A stretch of 64,000 bases of DNA from an uncultured Eubacteriales bacterium (lineage in GTDB: Bacteria > Bacillota > Clostridia > Oscillospirales > Oscillospiraceae), in NCBI GenBank assembly GCA_949283375.1, contig CASDSM010000012.1, forward strand, positions 44,827 through 108,826, in the 5' to 3' direction. The position numbers and the translations under genes are program-made. Shown here in pieces: positions 37,142 through 46,217 of the stretch. Each line of letters opens with the position of its first letter. The first letter of the stretch is position 1. A model generated the notes under the pieces. That model ran no database searches and was not told the DNA's origin. It saw only the letters and a list, made by a program, of their open reading frames with translations.

Positions 37142-38842
37142 ATGCTCTCTCTGCTTCACATTGAAAATATCGCCGTCATCCAGTCGGCGGACATCCAGTT
37201 TGACGCCGGCTTCAACGTGCTCACCGGCGAGACGGGCGCGGGCAAATCCATCGTGGTGGACGCCATCGGGGCCATCCTCGGCGCGCGCACCAGCCGCGAC
37301 CTCATCCGGACCGGGGCGAAATCCGCCCTGGTGAGCGCGCAGTTCACCGGTGTGGCGGACCTGCCGTGGCTGGGAGAGAACGGGTTTGCCTTGGAGGACG
37401 GCGGCCTGATTCTGCAACGCCAGATTTTCCCGAACGGGCGCAATCTCTGCCGGCTGAACGGCCGGCCGGTCACTGTGGCACAGATGCAGGAGCTGGGCCG
37501 CCAGCTCATCAACATCCACGGCCAGCACGACGGGCAGCAGCTGCTCGACCCGGCGTGCCATCTCTCCTATCTCGACAGCTTTGGAGAGACCGGCGCCCTG
37601 CTCGCGGACTTCCAGGCGAGCTACACCGCCGTCTCCCGTCTTTCCCGGGAAATCCAGAGCCTCCAGATGGACGAGGCGGAGAAGGCCCGCCGGATGGACG
37701 CCCTGGACTATCAGATCCACGAGCTGGAGCGGGCGAACCTCCAGCCCGGCGAGGACCGGGAGCTGGCCGCCCGCCGCCAGATGCTGCGCAATGCCGGACG
37801 CCTGCTCGACGGCTTACAGGAGGCGGACTTCGCCCTCTCCGGTGGAGAGGAAGGGGATGGAGCCATCTCTCTGCTCGGGCAGGCAGAGGGCGCCCTGCGC
37901 GGCATCAGCCGCTATTCCGACGAGCTGGCCGGCCTCTCCGAGCAGCTCGCCGAGCTGCGCTATACGCTCGAGGACCTGGCGGAGCAGGTCGCCCGCCAGC
38001 GCGACCGGATGGAGGTCTCCCCCGGCGAGCTGGACCAGCTGGAGGGCCGTCTGGACGTCATCTACCGCCTGCGGAAGAAGTACGGCGACACGGTGGAGGA
38101 TATGCTCGCCTACCTCGCGCGCTGCCGCGCCGAGCGCGAGCAGATCGAGTACGCCTCCGACCGGATTGAGCAGCTCGAGCGCCAGCTCCAGAAGGCGCTG
38201 GCGGAGACGCGGGAGAAGGGGAGCGCCCTCTCCGAGGCCCGCCGCGCCGCGGCGGAGCGGATGCGCGCGCGCATCGAGCGGGAGCTCGCAGAGCTGGACA
38301 TGCCCAGGGTCCGCTTCCAGGTGGCCTTCTCTCCGAAGGAGGGGCGCTACCAGATGGACGAGACGGGCATGGACGAGGTGCAGTTTCTCATGTCCGCCAA
38401 CGTGGGGGAGGACCTGAAGCCCATCCACAAGATCGCCTCCGGCGGCGAGCTGGCGCGCATCATGCTGGCGCTGAAAAACGTGCTGGCGGAGAATGAGGCG
38501 GTGGCCACCCTGGTCTTTGACGAGGTGGATACCGGCGTCTCCGGCCGCGCCGCGCAGAAGGTGGCGCGCAAGATGTCGGACGTCGCCCGGCATAAGCAGG
38601 TGCTCTGCGTCACCCATCTGCCCCAGATTGCCGCCATGGCGGACGTCCACTTCTCGGTGGAGAAGGGCGAGCGCGACGGACGGACCTATACCGCCGTCGA
38701 GCAGCTCGACCGCGCAGCGCGCAAGCGGGAGCTGGCCCGCCTGGCGGGCGGCGAAAAGATCACCGACGCCCTGCTCCAGAGCGCAGGTGAGATGCTGGAT
38801 CAGGCGGAGGGGTATAAGCGAGGTGCTCGCCGTGACGGCTGA
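37142..38842 (+). CDS. recN: DNA repair protein RecN
   Basis: L.IEN.A.I, LTGETGAGKS, IHGQH, SGGE..R.MLA, FDEVD.GVSG, QV.C.THLPQ.AA. Confidence 0.97.
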   Translation: MLSLLHIENIAVIQSADIQFDAGFNVLTGETGAGKSIVVDAIGAILGARTSRDLIRTGAKSALVSAQFTGVADLPWLGENGFALEDGGLILQRQIFPNGRNLCRLNGRPVTVAQMQELGRQLINIHGQHDGQQLLDPACHLSYLDSFGETGALLADFQASYTAVSRLSREIQSLQMDEAEKARRMDALDYQIHELERANLQPGEDRELAARRQMLRNAGRLLDGLQEADFALSGGEEGDGAISLLGQAEGALRGISRYSDELAGLSEQLAELRYTLEDLAEQVARQRDRMEVSPGELDQLEGRLDVIYRLRKKYGDTVEDMLAYLARCRAEREQIEYASDRIEQLERQLQKALAETREKGSALSEARRAAAERMRARIERELAELDMPRVRFQVAFSPKEGRYQMDETGMDEVQFLMSANVGEDLKPIHKIASGGELARIMLALKNVLAENEAVATLVFDEVDTGVSGRAAQKVARKMSDVARHKQVLCVTHLPQIAAMADVHFSVEKGERDGRTYTAVEQLDRAARKRELARLAGGEKITDALLQSAGEMLDQAEGYKRGARRDG

Positions 38843-39008
38843 TTGTGGTCTATTGCGCCCGAAAGAAGAGATCAGGAAGAGAGTCTTGGCGGCCAAGAGA
38901 CGTCAAGGCTCTTTTTGTTTACTTTTTCCGATTGCTTCTGAATTCGTCAGGCATCTTAATAGATACCTTTAACTGTGTTCTATCAAATGAAGGAGAGTGC
39001 TATCTCAT

Positions 39009-39545
39009 CTAATCTATTAATCTATTTTCTATGAGATAATGGCTCATATTGCGTACCTGAGGATATCCTCTTGTTTGATAAATCAATTTGTTGTCATCAA
39101 AGCTAAACCCGAACATTTTATCATCTTTCGTGTTATCTTTCTTCTGTTTGACTTCTGACATAAACAAAGCCATTTCTTTGTTTGTGAACGCCAACATAAT
39201 GGTGTCCCATACTGTGCTTCTTGCTTTTGCACTTGACGGGGCGTCAGGATATTTTGCATAGATACCGACTAATATATACCAATTTGCATTTTCCTGAATG
39301 GTAAAACGGTTAAACCACAGGGAATATGGGAAATCTGCATTTTTCTTTTCGCTATAATAGGTTCTTGACATCTTAATTTGAACCGTGGAGGTTTTGTTGC
39401 ATCCATGGTCATAGCGATATAGCAACAGATCGATTCCCTTTTCCTGTGCTGATGCTGGGATAAATACGGATGCGCCCTTTATTCTTTTTGAGAGATAATC
39501 CGCAACTGCAAACTCTCCGTATTGCATTGTAAAAATCGGTTGCAT
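39009..39545 (-). CDS. AT-rich orphan protein, probable PD-(D/E)xK nuclease-like fold
   Basis: RBS AGGAGG before ATG 39545; GE..VA..L helix, KGIDLL strand and VQIK; about 35-40% GC. Confidence 0.6.
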   Translation of the reverse strand: MQPIFTMQYGEFAVADYLSKRIKGASVFIPASAQEKGIDLLLYRYDHGCNKTSTVQIKMSRTYYSEKKNADFPYSLWFNRFTIQENANWYILVGIYAKYPDAPSSAKARSTVWDTIMLAFTNKEMALFMSEVKQKKDNTKDDKMFGFSFDDNKLIYQTRGYPQVRNMSHYLIENRLID

Positions 39546-39587
39546 TTTTCCTCCTATTTTTAAAGCGTTGAGAATCATGTTATATTC

Positions 39588-39616
39588 ATTTTACCAGATT
39601 CACAGTCATCACTCAA
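39588..39616 (-). promoter_or_regulatory. sigmaA promoter of the AT-rich orphan gene
   Basis: minus strand TTGAGT-17 nt-TAAAAT. Confidence 0.55.
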
Positions 39617-39710
39617 TCTCTATTTCTTTATGAAACCTTAATCTCTCTTTCAGAGAAAAGACAGCTTCGTGTGCTATCCTGTCAGAAACAGACGGAGGGG
39701 GCGCGCTGAG

Positions 39711-39767
39711 ATGGAATTGAGTGGTATTCTGATTTTCCTGGCATTTCTGGTCATGTTGCTGCGCTGA
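39711..39767 (+). CDS. Candidate 18-aa hydrophobic small protein MELSGILIFLAFLVMLLR
   Basis: GGAGGGGG 9 nt before ATG; upstream TG-extended TATCCT; nearly entirely hydrophobic. Confidence 0.45.
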   Translation: MELSGILIFLAFLVMLLR

Positions 39768-39774
39768 TTTCCGG

Positions 39775-39803
39775 TTGACAAGGCCGGAGAGACATGCTAC
39801 AAT
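39775..39803 (+). promoter_or_regulatory. sigmaA promoter of tyrS leader
   Basis: TTGACA-17 nt-TACAAT. Confidence 0.85.
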
Positions 39804-39809
39804 ACACCA

Positions 39810-40095
39810 CAGTGATTGCGATGACGAGGAATAGTATCGCGGCATCCTCTGCCAAGAGAGCCCCCGGTCGGTGGAAGGGGGAGAGAGCGCCGTCGAGAAT
39901 ACCCCTCTGAGCAGCCACCTGAACGGGAGAAGGGAACTGCTCCCCAGTAGGGCAGGCCGGGTGTGCCCGTTACAGCACCGGAGTTTGTCAGAACTCCCTG
40001 AGGCCCCTTCTCGTGAGAGCGGGGCGAACCAGAGGTGGTACCGCGCATTTTGCGCCCTCTGTCCCAGAAGCGGGGACGGAGGGCGTTGTTATTTT
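39810..40095 (+). ncRNA. T-box riboswitch, Tyr specifier
   Basis: AGAGAG and GGTGGAA stem I loops; specifier TAC at 39900-39902; T-box AGAGGTGGTACCGCG at 40031-40045; terminator CGCCCTCTGTCCC...GGGGACGGAGGGCG plus T-rich tail. Confidence 0.92.
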
Positions 40096-40133
40096 GTCCG
40101 TCCCCAAAATCAGAGAAAAAGGAGACGAAGACC

Positions 40134-41366
40134 ATGACACTGTACGAGGAACTGACCGGCCGCGGCCTGATCGCCCAGGTTACCGACGAGGAAAAAGTGA
40201 AAGAGATGATCAACAACGGCAAAGCCACCTTCTATATCGGCTTTGACCCCACGGCGGACTCTCTCCATGTGGGCCACTTTATGGCCCTGTGCCTGATGCG
40301 CCGGATGCAGAAGCACGGCAACCGGCCCATCGCCCTGCTGGGCGGCGGTACTGCCATGATCGGCGACCCCTCCGGGAAGAGCGATATGCGCCAAATGATG
40401 ACCCGAGAGACCATTGAGCACAATGCCGCCTGCTTCAAGAAGCAGATGAGCCGCTTTATCGACTTCTCCGATGGCAAGGCTCTGATGCTCAACAACGCCG
40501 ACTGGCTGCTGGACTTGAACTATGTCGAGCTGCTGCGAGAGGTAGGGGCCTGCTTTTCGGTGAACAATATGCTGCGCGCCGAGTGCTACAAGCAGCGGAT
40601 GGAGCGCGGCCTGAGCTTCCTGGAGTTTAACTATATGATCATGCAGTCCTACGACTTCTACCACCTGTACCAAGAGTACGGCTGCAACTTCCAGTTCGGC
40701 GGCGACGACCAGTGGTCCAATATGCTCGGCGGCCGGGAGCTGATTCGCCGGAAGCTGGGGAAATATGACGCCGAGGCGATGACTATCACTCTCCTGCTCA
40801 ATTCCGAGGGCAAGAAGATGGGCAAGACGGTCTCCGGTGCCGTGTGGCTGGACCCGGAGAAGACCTCACCCTATGACTTCTATCAGTACTGGCGCAACGT
40901 GGATGACGCGGACGTGATCAAGTGCCTGAAGATGCTCACCGATGTCCCCTTGGAGGAGATCGCGAAGATGGAGTCCTGGGAGGGCAGCCAGCTCAACCGC
41001 GCGAAGGAGATTCTCGCCTATGAGCTGACCAACCTGGTCCACGGCAAGGAAGAGGCAGACAAGGCCCAGGAGACAGCTCGGAGCCTGTTCTGCGGTGGCG
41101 GTGGTACCGTGTCCGATATGCCGGAGACGTGTATTTCTCCAGAGGACCTGACAGACGGGGCAATCGGACTGGTGAAACTGCTTACCCTGACCGGCCTGGC
41201 CAGCTCTAACGGTGATGCGCGCCGGACGCTCACAAAGGACAAGTGTGTCTGTGTGAACGGGGAACGCGTCTGTGACGCGGGCTATCAGGTGCCTGCCGAA
41301 GCTCTCACCGGCGACGGCGTGGTCCTGCGCAAGGGGAAGAAAATTTATCACCGCGTCCATCTGTAA
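40134..41366 (+). CDS. tyrS: Tyrosine-tRNA ligase
   Basis: Y.GFDPTADSLHVGH, GG.TA.IGDPSG, QSYDF, QFGGDDQW.N, KMGKT, C-terminal S4 domain RKGKK. Confidence 0.97.
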   Translation: MTLYEELTGRGLIAQVTDEEKVKEMINNGKATFYIGFDPTADSLHVGHFMALCLMRRMQKHGNRPIALLGGGTAMIGDPSGKSDMRQMMTRETIEHNAACFKKQMSRFIDFSDGKALMLNNADWLLDLNYVELLREVGACFSVNNMLRAECYKQRMERGLSFLEFNYMIMQSYDFYHLYQEYGCNFQFGGDDQWSNMLGGRELIRRKLGKYDAEAMTITLLLNSEGKKMGKTVSGAVWLDPEKTSPYDFYQYWRNVDDADVIKCLKMLTDVPLEEIAKMESWEGSQLNRAKEILAYELTNLVHGKEEADKAQETARSLFCGGGGTVSDMPETCISPEDLTDGAIGLVKLLTLTGLASSNGDARRTLTKDKCVCVNGERVCDAGYQVPAEALTGDGVVLRKGKKIYHRVHL

Positions 41367-41380
41367 TAAGAATGCGGCAA

Positions 41381-41428
41381 ACGCCCGCCCTCCGGTCAAG
41401 CGGCCGGAGGGCGGGCGTCCATTCTTTT
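41381..41428. terminator. Bidirectional terminator between tyrS and reductase
   Basis: ACGCCCGCCCTCCGG...CCGGAGGGCGGGCGT. Confidence 0.8.
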
Positions 41429-41443
41429 CGGATGGGGGAGGAC

Positions 41444-43588
41444 TCAGATCTCGTTCACCGCGTTCTTGCCGGCCACATAGCCGTAGTACATCGCCATGGA
41501 GTGGGACACGCCTTTGAGCGTGATGGGATACTCGGCGGCGAAACGGCTGCCCTGGACGTTCCCGGCCACATAGAGCCCGGGAATGATATTGCGGTTTTCA
41601 TCGAAAGTATGGCAGTTTTCGTCTGACTCCAGGCCACCGATGATGACCAGCAGCAGCGCGCACTCAAACTGGTCGGCGTAGTAGGGGGGCTGGTTGAGCG
41701 GGAAGAGGCGGCTGGAGACCTTGCCGAAGTCCTCATCCACGCCCTGCGCGGCGAGCTGGTTGTAGCGCTCAATGGAGGCCAGGGCGTTGGCCTGCGCGGC
41801 CTCGTCATCCGGGTAGAGCAGCGCCACCAGCTCCTCCAGCGTGTCCGCCGTCACACAGCGCCCGTCGTCAATGGCGGCCTGGAGCTGATAGGGGCTCTTA
41901 TAGTTGCGGTAGGTCTGATTGTTTGCGGGCCCCTCCTCCGCGCTGGCGTAGTCCTCATAGTAGCAGGCGCCGCCGTGCGCGGCCGGCATGTATGGCAGCT
42001 GTTCCGGCCAGCCGGCGTCAAAGATCTGCCAGGACTTGCGGTCACGGAGCAGCTCGATCTGATTTTCGATCTGCTGTCCGGGCAGGTCCTCGTTCATAAA
42101 GCGGTTGCCGTTCATATCCAGGTTCAGGAAACCGGCGATCCCCATCACGCCGACGCCCTCCAGGTCCGCGCCGCCGCCCATGTGGTGGATCATGGGCGCG
42201 TGCGCCTGCTGCACGCGCGCGCCGGCCCACATGCCCAGCTTAATGCCGTCGCCCTGGTTGGTCATATTGCCCTCCACGTCCACGTTGGTGAACATGCGCA
42301 CGATGCCGTTCTCGATCACGTCCGGGCAGAAGTGGCGCACCATCGCCTCATTCTGCGAGTAGTCGCCGGTGGCGAGGATGACGCCCTTGCTGGCGTTCAC
42401 CTTCAGATAGCCGCCGGTCTCGGCGTTACGGACATATGCGCCCACGCAGCGCCCGTCCTCCATGATGAGCCGCTCGGCAAAGCAGCCGTAACGGGCGTCC
42501 ACATTGCCGGTGGCGACCGCTGCCTCCATATTCGCGTTGAAGGTGACCGACTGGTCCGGCTTGAACTCCACCGAGGTGGGATAGCAGGGGAACTCCTCCT
42601 GCGTCCAGTCATAGTGCTCCGGCAGGGGATAGAAGATGGGGATGATGAAGTTGTCCGCGCTCTCATCCGGGATGGGGGAGCGGGTCTCGGGGGCATAGTA
42701 GAGGTCGGGGTTGGCCTCCACCCACCAGTCAAACACCTCGCCGATGTGGTGCGCCCACTTGCTGATGATGGGCCGCTTGACCTTGTAGCACGACTCCTTC
42801 ATGTGGAAGTTGACCATTGCCTCGATCTGCTCGCGCGTCCAGGTGTCGCGCCCCCACCGGGCCTGCACATTGCCATTGATGACGGCATACTCGCCGCTGC
42901 GGCACTGGGGAGAGGCGGCCTTTTCAATCGCCACGACAGAGGCACCCTCCTCGGCAGCTGCGCGGCAGGCAGCCACGCCGGCCACGCCGCAGCCGATGAC
43001 CAGCACCTCGGTGTTCAGCTCCTCTTCCACCATGTCATCTGTGATCTCGGGCGCCTCTCCCAGCCAGTCATCGTCAGAGGAGGCGGCCGCACTGCTGTCA
43101 TCGGCGGCGACGGCGGTGCCGCTGGCCTGGGCAATGCAGTCATCCAGGCATTGCTTGACCGCGTTGGTGGTCAGCGTCGCGCCGGAGACGCCGTCGATGT
43201 CGCTGCTCTGCGCGGCCAGACACTGGGCGATCAGCTCGTCCCCGGCGACCTGACCGATGTCGGGGGTCTCCTGGGAGAGGTCGAGCTGGATGTCCGTGAT
43301 GCTGGTCTCGTCAAAGGTGGCGGTCATGGTGACCAGACCGAGACCGGTCGCAGTGGCGGTGTAGGTACCGGGGGTGTAAGTACCGGCGGCCGCAGGCGGG
43401 GTCTCCGCCGCCGTGCCGGCGTTCGTGCCGCTGTCCGGGTTGGGCGTCGTGGCGGGGGTACTGTCCTCCGCCGGGGCGGCGTTCTGCATGTAGTCGCAGG
43501 CCTGGAGCACGCCCAGGGCGGCGACGCTGGCTGCTCCGGCCGCGATGCCCTTGATAAAGTCTCTGCGGGAAATCTGGTCCTTTGCCAT
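41444..43588 (-). CDS. Tat-exported lipoprotein with FMN-binding domain and flavocytochrome c/fumarate-reductase-like FAD domain
   Basis: SRRDFIK Tat motif, LQAC lipobox, DGVSGAT flavinylation motif, VIGCGVAG dinucleotide motif, VILATGD, G.RF.NE, GLYVAGN. Confidence 0.85.
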   Translation of the reverse strand: MAKDQISRRDFIKGIAAGAASVAALGVLQACDYMQNAAPAEDSTPATTPNPDSGTNAGTAAETPPAAAGTYTPGTYTATATGLGLVTMTATFDETSITDIQLDLSQETPDIGQVAGDELIAQCLAAQSSDIDGVSGATLTTNAVKQCLDDCIAQASGTAVAADDSSAAASSDDDWLGEAPEITDDMVEEELNTEVLVIGCGVAGVAACRAAAEEGASVVAIEKAASPQCRSGEYAVINGNVQARWGRDTWTREQIEAMVNFHMKESCYKVKRPIISKWAHHIGEVFDWWVEANPDLYYAPETRSPIPDESADNFIIPIFYPLPEHYDWTQEEFPCYPTSVEFKPDQSVTFNANMEAAVATGNVDARYGCFAERLIMEDGRCVGAYVRNAETGGYLKVNASKGVILATGDYSQNEAMVRHFCPDVIENGIVRMFTNVDVEGNMTNQGDGIKLGMWAGARVQQAHAPMIHHMGGGADLEGVGVMGIAGFLNLDMNGNRFMNEDLPGQQIENQIELLRDRKSWQIFDAGWPEQLPYMPAAHGGACYYEDYASAEEGPANNQTYRNYKSPYQLQAAIDDGRCVTADTLEELVALLYPDDEAAQANALASIERYNQLAAQGVDEDFGKVSSRLFPLNQPPYYADQFECALLLVIIGGLESDENCHTFDENRNIIPGLYVAGNVQGSRFAAEYPITLKGVSHSMAMYYGYVAGKNAVNEI

Positions 43589-43691
43589 AACCGTATCCTC
43601 CTCTGCATGCTGTTTTCAGGGTGGAAAAATTTACTAATTCAGATTATACGCAGATACGGTCGAAAAAGCAAGTCTGACAAGATGCTTTGTA

Positions 43692-43742
43692 AAAGAAAAA
43701 TAAAAATGTGCGCCGCAGCGATGAGTTTCGGCGCACATTTTT
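43692..43742 (-). terminator. Terminator after rubredoxin
   Basis: AAAAATGTGCGCCG...CGGCGCACATTTTT with a T-tract on the minus strand. Confidence 0.75.
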
Positions 43743-43767
43743 CCTGTATGGCTTGTATGATGGAAGC

Positions 43768-43923
43768 TCAGACCTGCTCGAACTGGTCCTTGCCGACGCC
43801 GCACAGCGGGCAGAGGAAGTCCTCCGGCAGATCTTCAAACCTGGTGCCCGGCTCGATGCCCAGATCGGGCGCGCCGGCGGTCTCGTCATACTCCCAGCCA
43901 CAGACGACACAGACATACTTCAT
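43768..43923 (-). CDS. Rubredoxin (51 aa, below the ORF track cutoff)
   Basis: [13 protein letters not shown]...[25 protein letters not shown]; RBS AGGAG. Confidence 0.95.
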   Translation of the reverse strand: MKYVCVVCGWEYDETAGAPDLGIEPGTRFEDLPEDFLCPLCGVGKDQFEQV

Positions 43924-44013
43924 GATGATTCATCTCCTTATCCGATGTACCCTCGCGGGTCAATGCTATTATACCCAAAATAACAGGGCTTGTCCACAGG
44001 ACGGCGCAAATGC

Positions 44014-44502
44014 TCAGAACGCGTTCTGCTCCGGCTCGACGCCGTAGTATTCGCACACCAGCGTCAGCGCGTCGGAGAGGTTGTGCCCGCTGACCAGGAT
44101 GGAGATATCCACCTCGGAGGTGGTGATGAGCATCACTTGGATATCCGCCTGACTGAGCAGGGAGAAGACGCCTGCGGCCACGCCGGGGGTCTGGACCATG
44201 TTGGGGTCATAGAACGCCAGCTTGCTGTTGCCCGGCAGGATCTCGGGGGAGAGGGCGGGGTTGTCCTTGCGAAGCTGGGCGAGCACCGCCAGCGCGGTGG
44301 CGAGCGCGTCGTCCGAGATGGTGAAGCTCAGCCGGATGCTGCCGCCCTGCGGGGCGGTCTGGGAGATCATGTCCACATTGACGCCGTTTTCCGCCAGGGC
44401 GGTGAGCACCTGCGCCACCGCCCTGCTGTCGCAGGGCAGGGAGGAGAGGGTGATCAGCGTCACATCGGACACATAGGCGATTTTCGCGATGCCGTGGCTC
44501 AT
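44014..44502 (-). CDS. Stand-alone tandem ACT-domain protein resembling the aspartokinase regulatory region
   Basis: VLTALAENGVNVDMISQ; M...PGVAA.VF..L....I.V..ITTSEV.IS. Confidence 0.8.
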   Translation of the reverse strand: MSHGIAKIAYVSDVTLITLSSLPCDSRAVAQVLTALAENGVNVDMISQTAPQGGSIRLSFTISDDALATALAVLAQLRKDNPALSPEILPGNSKLAFYDPNMVQTPGVAAGVFSLLSQADIQVMLITTSEVDISILVSGHNLSDALTLVCEYYGVEPEQNAF

Positions 44503-45275
44503 GTCGTACCTCCTTCATTCTGTGCCGCGACCAGCTTCTGCATGTCGTACAGGCCGGGCGCGCGGACGGTGGCGAGGAACTTGGCCGCCTTGACCGCCCC
44601 GGAGGCGAAGATCTCGCGGCTCTGCGCCTCGTGGCGGATCTCGATCACCTCGTCCCGCCCGGCGAAGATCACCTCGTGGACGCCCACGATGGTGCCGCCG
44701 CGGACCGAACTGATGCCGATCTCGTTTTTGGGGCGGGCCATCCGGCGCTCGTGGCGGCCGTAGTTGTACTGCGCCGGATAGTCCAGCGACTCCGCCGCCG
44801 CGTCCGCCAGCATGAGGGCGGTGCCGCTCGGGGCGTCCACCTTGCGGTTGTGGTGGCGCTCGATGATCTCGATGTCGCAGCTCTCCCCCAGAATGGCGGC
44901 GGCCCGCCGCACCAGGTCGAGCACCACATTGATGCCGAGGCTCATATTCGCCGAGCGGAAGATGGGTACCGCCCGGCTGGCGGCGTCGATCGCCTCGAGC
45001 TGCTCTGCCGAGTAGCCGGTGGTCGCCAGCACGATGGGGATCTGCCGCTCCACGGCGAAGGCGAGCAGGCCGTCGAGGGCCTTCGGGCTGGAGAAGTCGA
45101 TGATGGCGTCCGCCGTGCCGGTGAAGTTGGCGGGGGAGACGTAGACAGGGTAGTCCCGTCCCGCCGGATTCACGTCAAAGCCGGCGACGATCTCCACCTC
45201 GGGGTCTGCCTTGCAGATGGACTCCACCACCTGACCCATCTTCCCGTTGCAGCCGGAAATGATTATCTGATGCAT
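44499..45275 (-). CDS. dapB: 4-hydroxy-tetrahydrodipicolinate reductase
   Basis: GCNGKMG, IDFS.P, ATTG, SANMSLG.N, E.HH..K.DAPSGTA, RGG.IVG.H. Confidence 0.96.
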   Translation of the reverse strand: MHQIIISGCNGKMGQVVESICKADPEVEIVAGFDVNPAGRDYPVYVSPANFTGTADAIIDFSSPKALDGLLAFAVERQIPIVLATTGYSAEQLEAIDAASRAVPIFRSANMSLGINVVLDLVRRAAAILGESCDIEIIERHHNRKVDAPSGTALMLADAAAESLDYPAQYNYGRHERRMARPKNEIGISSVRGGTIVGVHEVIFAGRDEVIEIRHEAQSREIFASGAVKAAKFLATVRAPGLYDMQKLVAAQNEGGTT

Positions 45276-45284
45276 CGCAGTCCC

Positions 45285-46175
45285 TTATCCTTTCAGCAGC
45301 CCATACTCGGCGAGTACCTGACGGAGCACGGCGAGGTTGGCCGGCTCCATCTCGCACATCGGCAGGCGCAGGTCCCCGGCGTCCATGCCGAGCAGGTTCA
45401 TCGCCGTCTTGACCGGGATGGGGTTGACCTCGATGAAGAGGGTGTCGTTGAGCTTCTGGTAGTGGGCCTGCATCTTGGCCGCCTCGGTGAAGTTGCCCTC
45501 CAGGCAGAGCTGGGTGAGCTTGTGGACCGCCTGGGGCAGGATGTTGGCCAGCACGGAGATGACGCCCTTGCCGCCCATGGCCATCATGGGCACCACCGTC
45601 GCGTCGTCGCCCGACCAGATATTCATCTCGTCCCCGCACAGGGCGACCGTCTGCGACACGAGGTTGAAGTTGCCGCTGGCCTCCTTGATGCCGTTGATCA
45701 TCGGGTGCTTGGAGAGGGCCGCATAGGTGCTCGCCTGGAAGTGGCAGCCGGTACGGCTGGGCACATGGTAGAGGATGATGGGAGTGTGGACGCGATCGGC
45801 GATGTACTCATAGTGGCGGATCAGGCCGGACTGGGTGGCTTTGTTGTAGTAGGGGGTGACCATCAGCAGTCCGTCCGCCCCGGCGGACTCGGCGTGCTGG
45901 GAGAGGGTGAGGGCGGCGGCGGTGTCGTTGCTGCCCGTGCCGGCGATCACCTTGCAGCGGCCGGCCACCTTCTGCACGGCGTACTCCACCGTGACCATAT
46001 GCTCCTGCATGCTCTGCGTGGAGGACTCGCCTGTGGTGCCGCAGATGCAGATGGCGTCCGTGCCGTTGGCGATCTGAAAGTCGATGAGCTGACCGAGCTT
46101 CTCATAGTCCACGCCGTCCCGGTGAAACGGGGTGACAATGGCCACGCAGGAGCCGGTGAAAATGGGCTTCTTCAT
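45285..46175 (-). CDS. dapA: 4-hydroxy-tetrahydrodipicolinate synthase
   Basis: AIVTPF, GTTGES.T, AGTGSN.T, VTPYYNK, Y.VPSRTG, GIKEAS, NPIPVK. Confidence 0.96.
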   Translation of the reverse strand: MKKPIFTGSCVAIVTPFHRDGVDYEKLGQLIDFQIANGTDAICICGTTGESSTQSMQEHMVTVEYAVQKVAGRCKVIAGTGSNDTAAALTLSQHAESAGADGLLMVTPYYNKATQSGLIRHYEYIADRVHTPIILYHVPSRTGCHFQASTYAALSKHPMINGIKEASGNFNLVSQTVALCGDEMNIWSGDDATVVPMMAMGGKGVISVLANILPQAVHKLTQLCLEGNFTEAAKMQAHYQKLNDTLFIEVNPIPVKTAMNLLGMDAGDLRLPMCEMEPANLAVLRQVLAEYGLLKG

Positions 46176-46217
46176 GCTGAGAGATCTCCTTTCCCTGGAA
46201 TGGACCGGCGGATGGGG

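Noticed and set aside
43990-43998. DnaA-box-like TTGTCCACA
   Set aside because: Single mismatched copy; no cluster or origin features.
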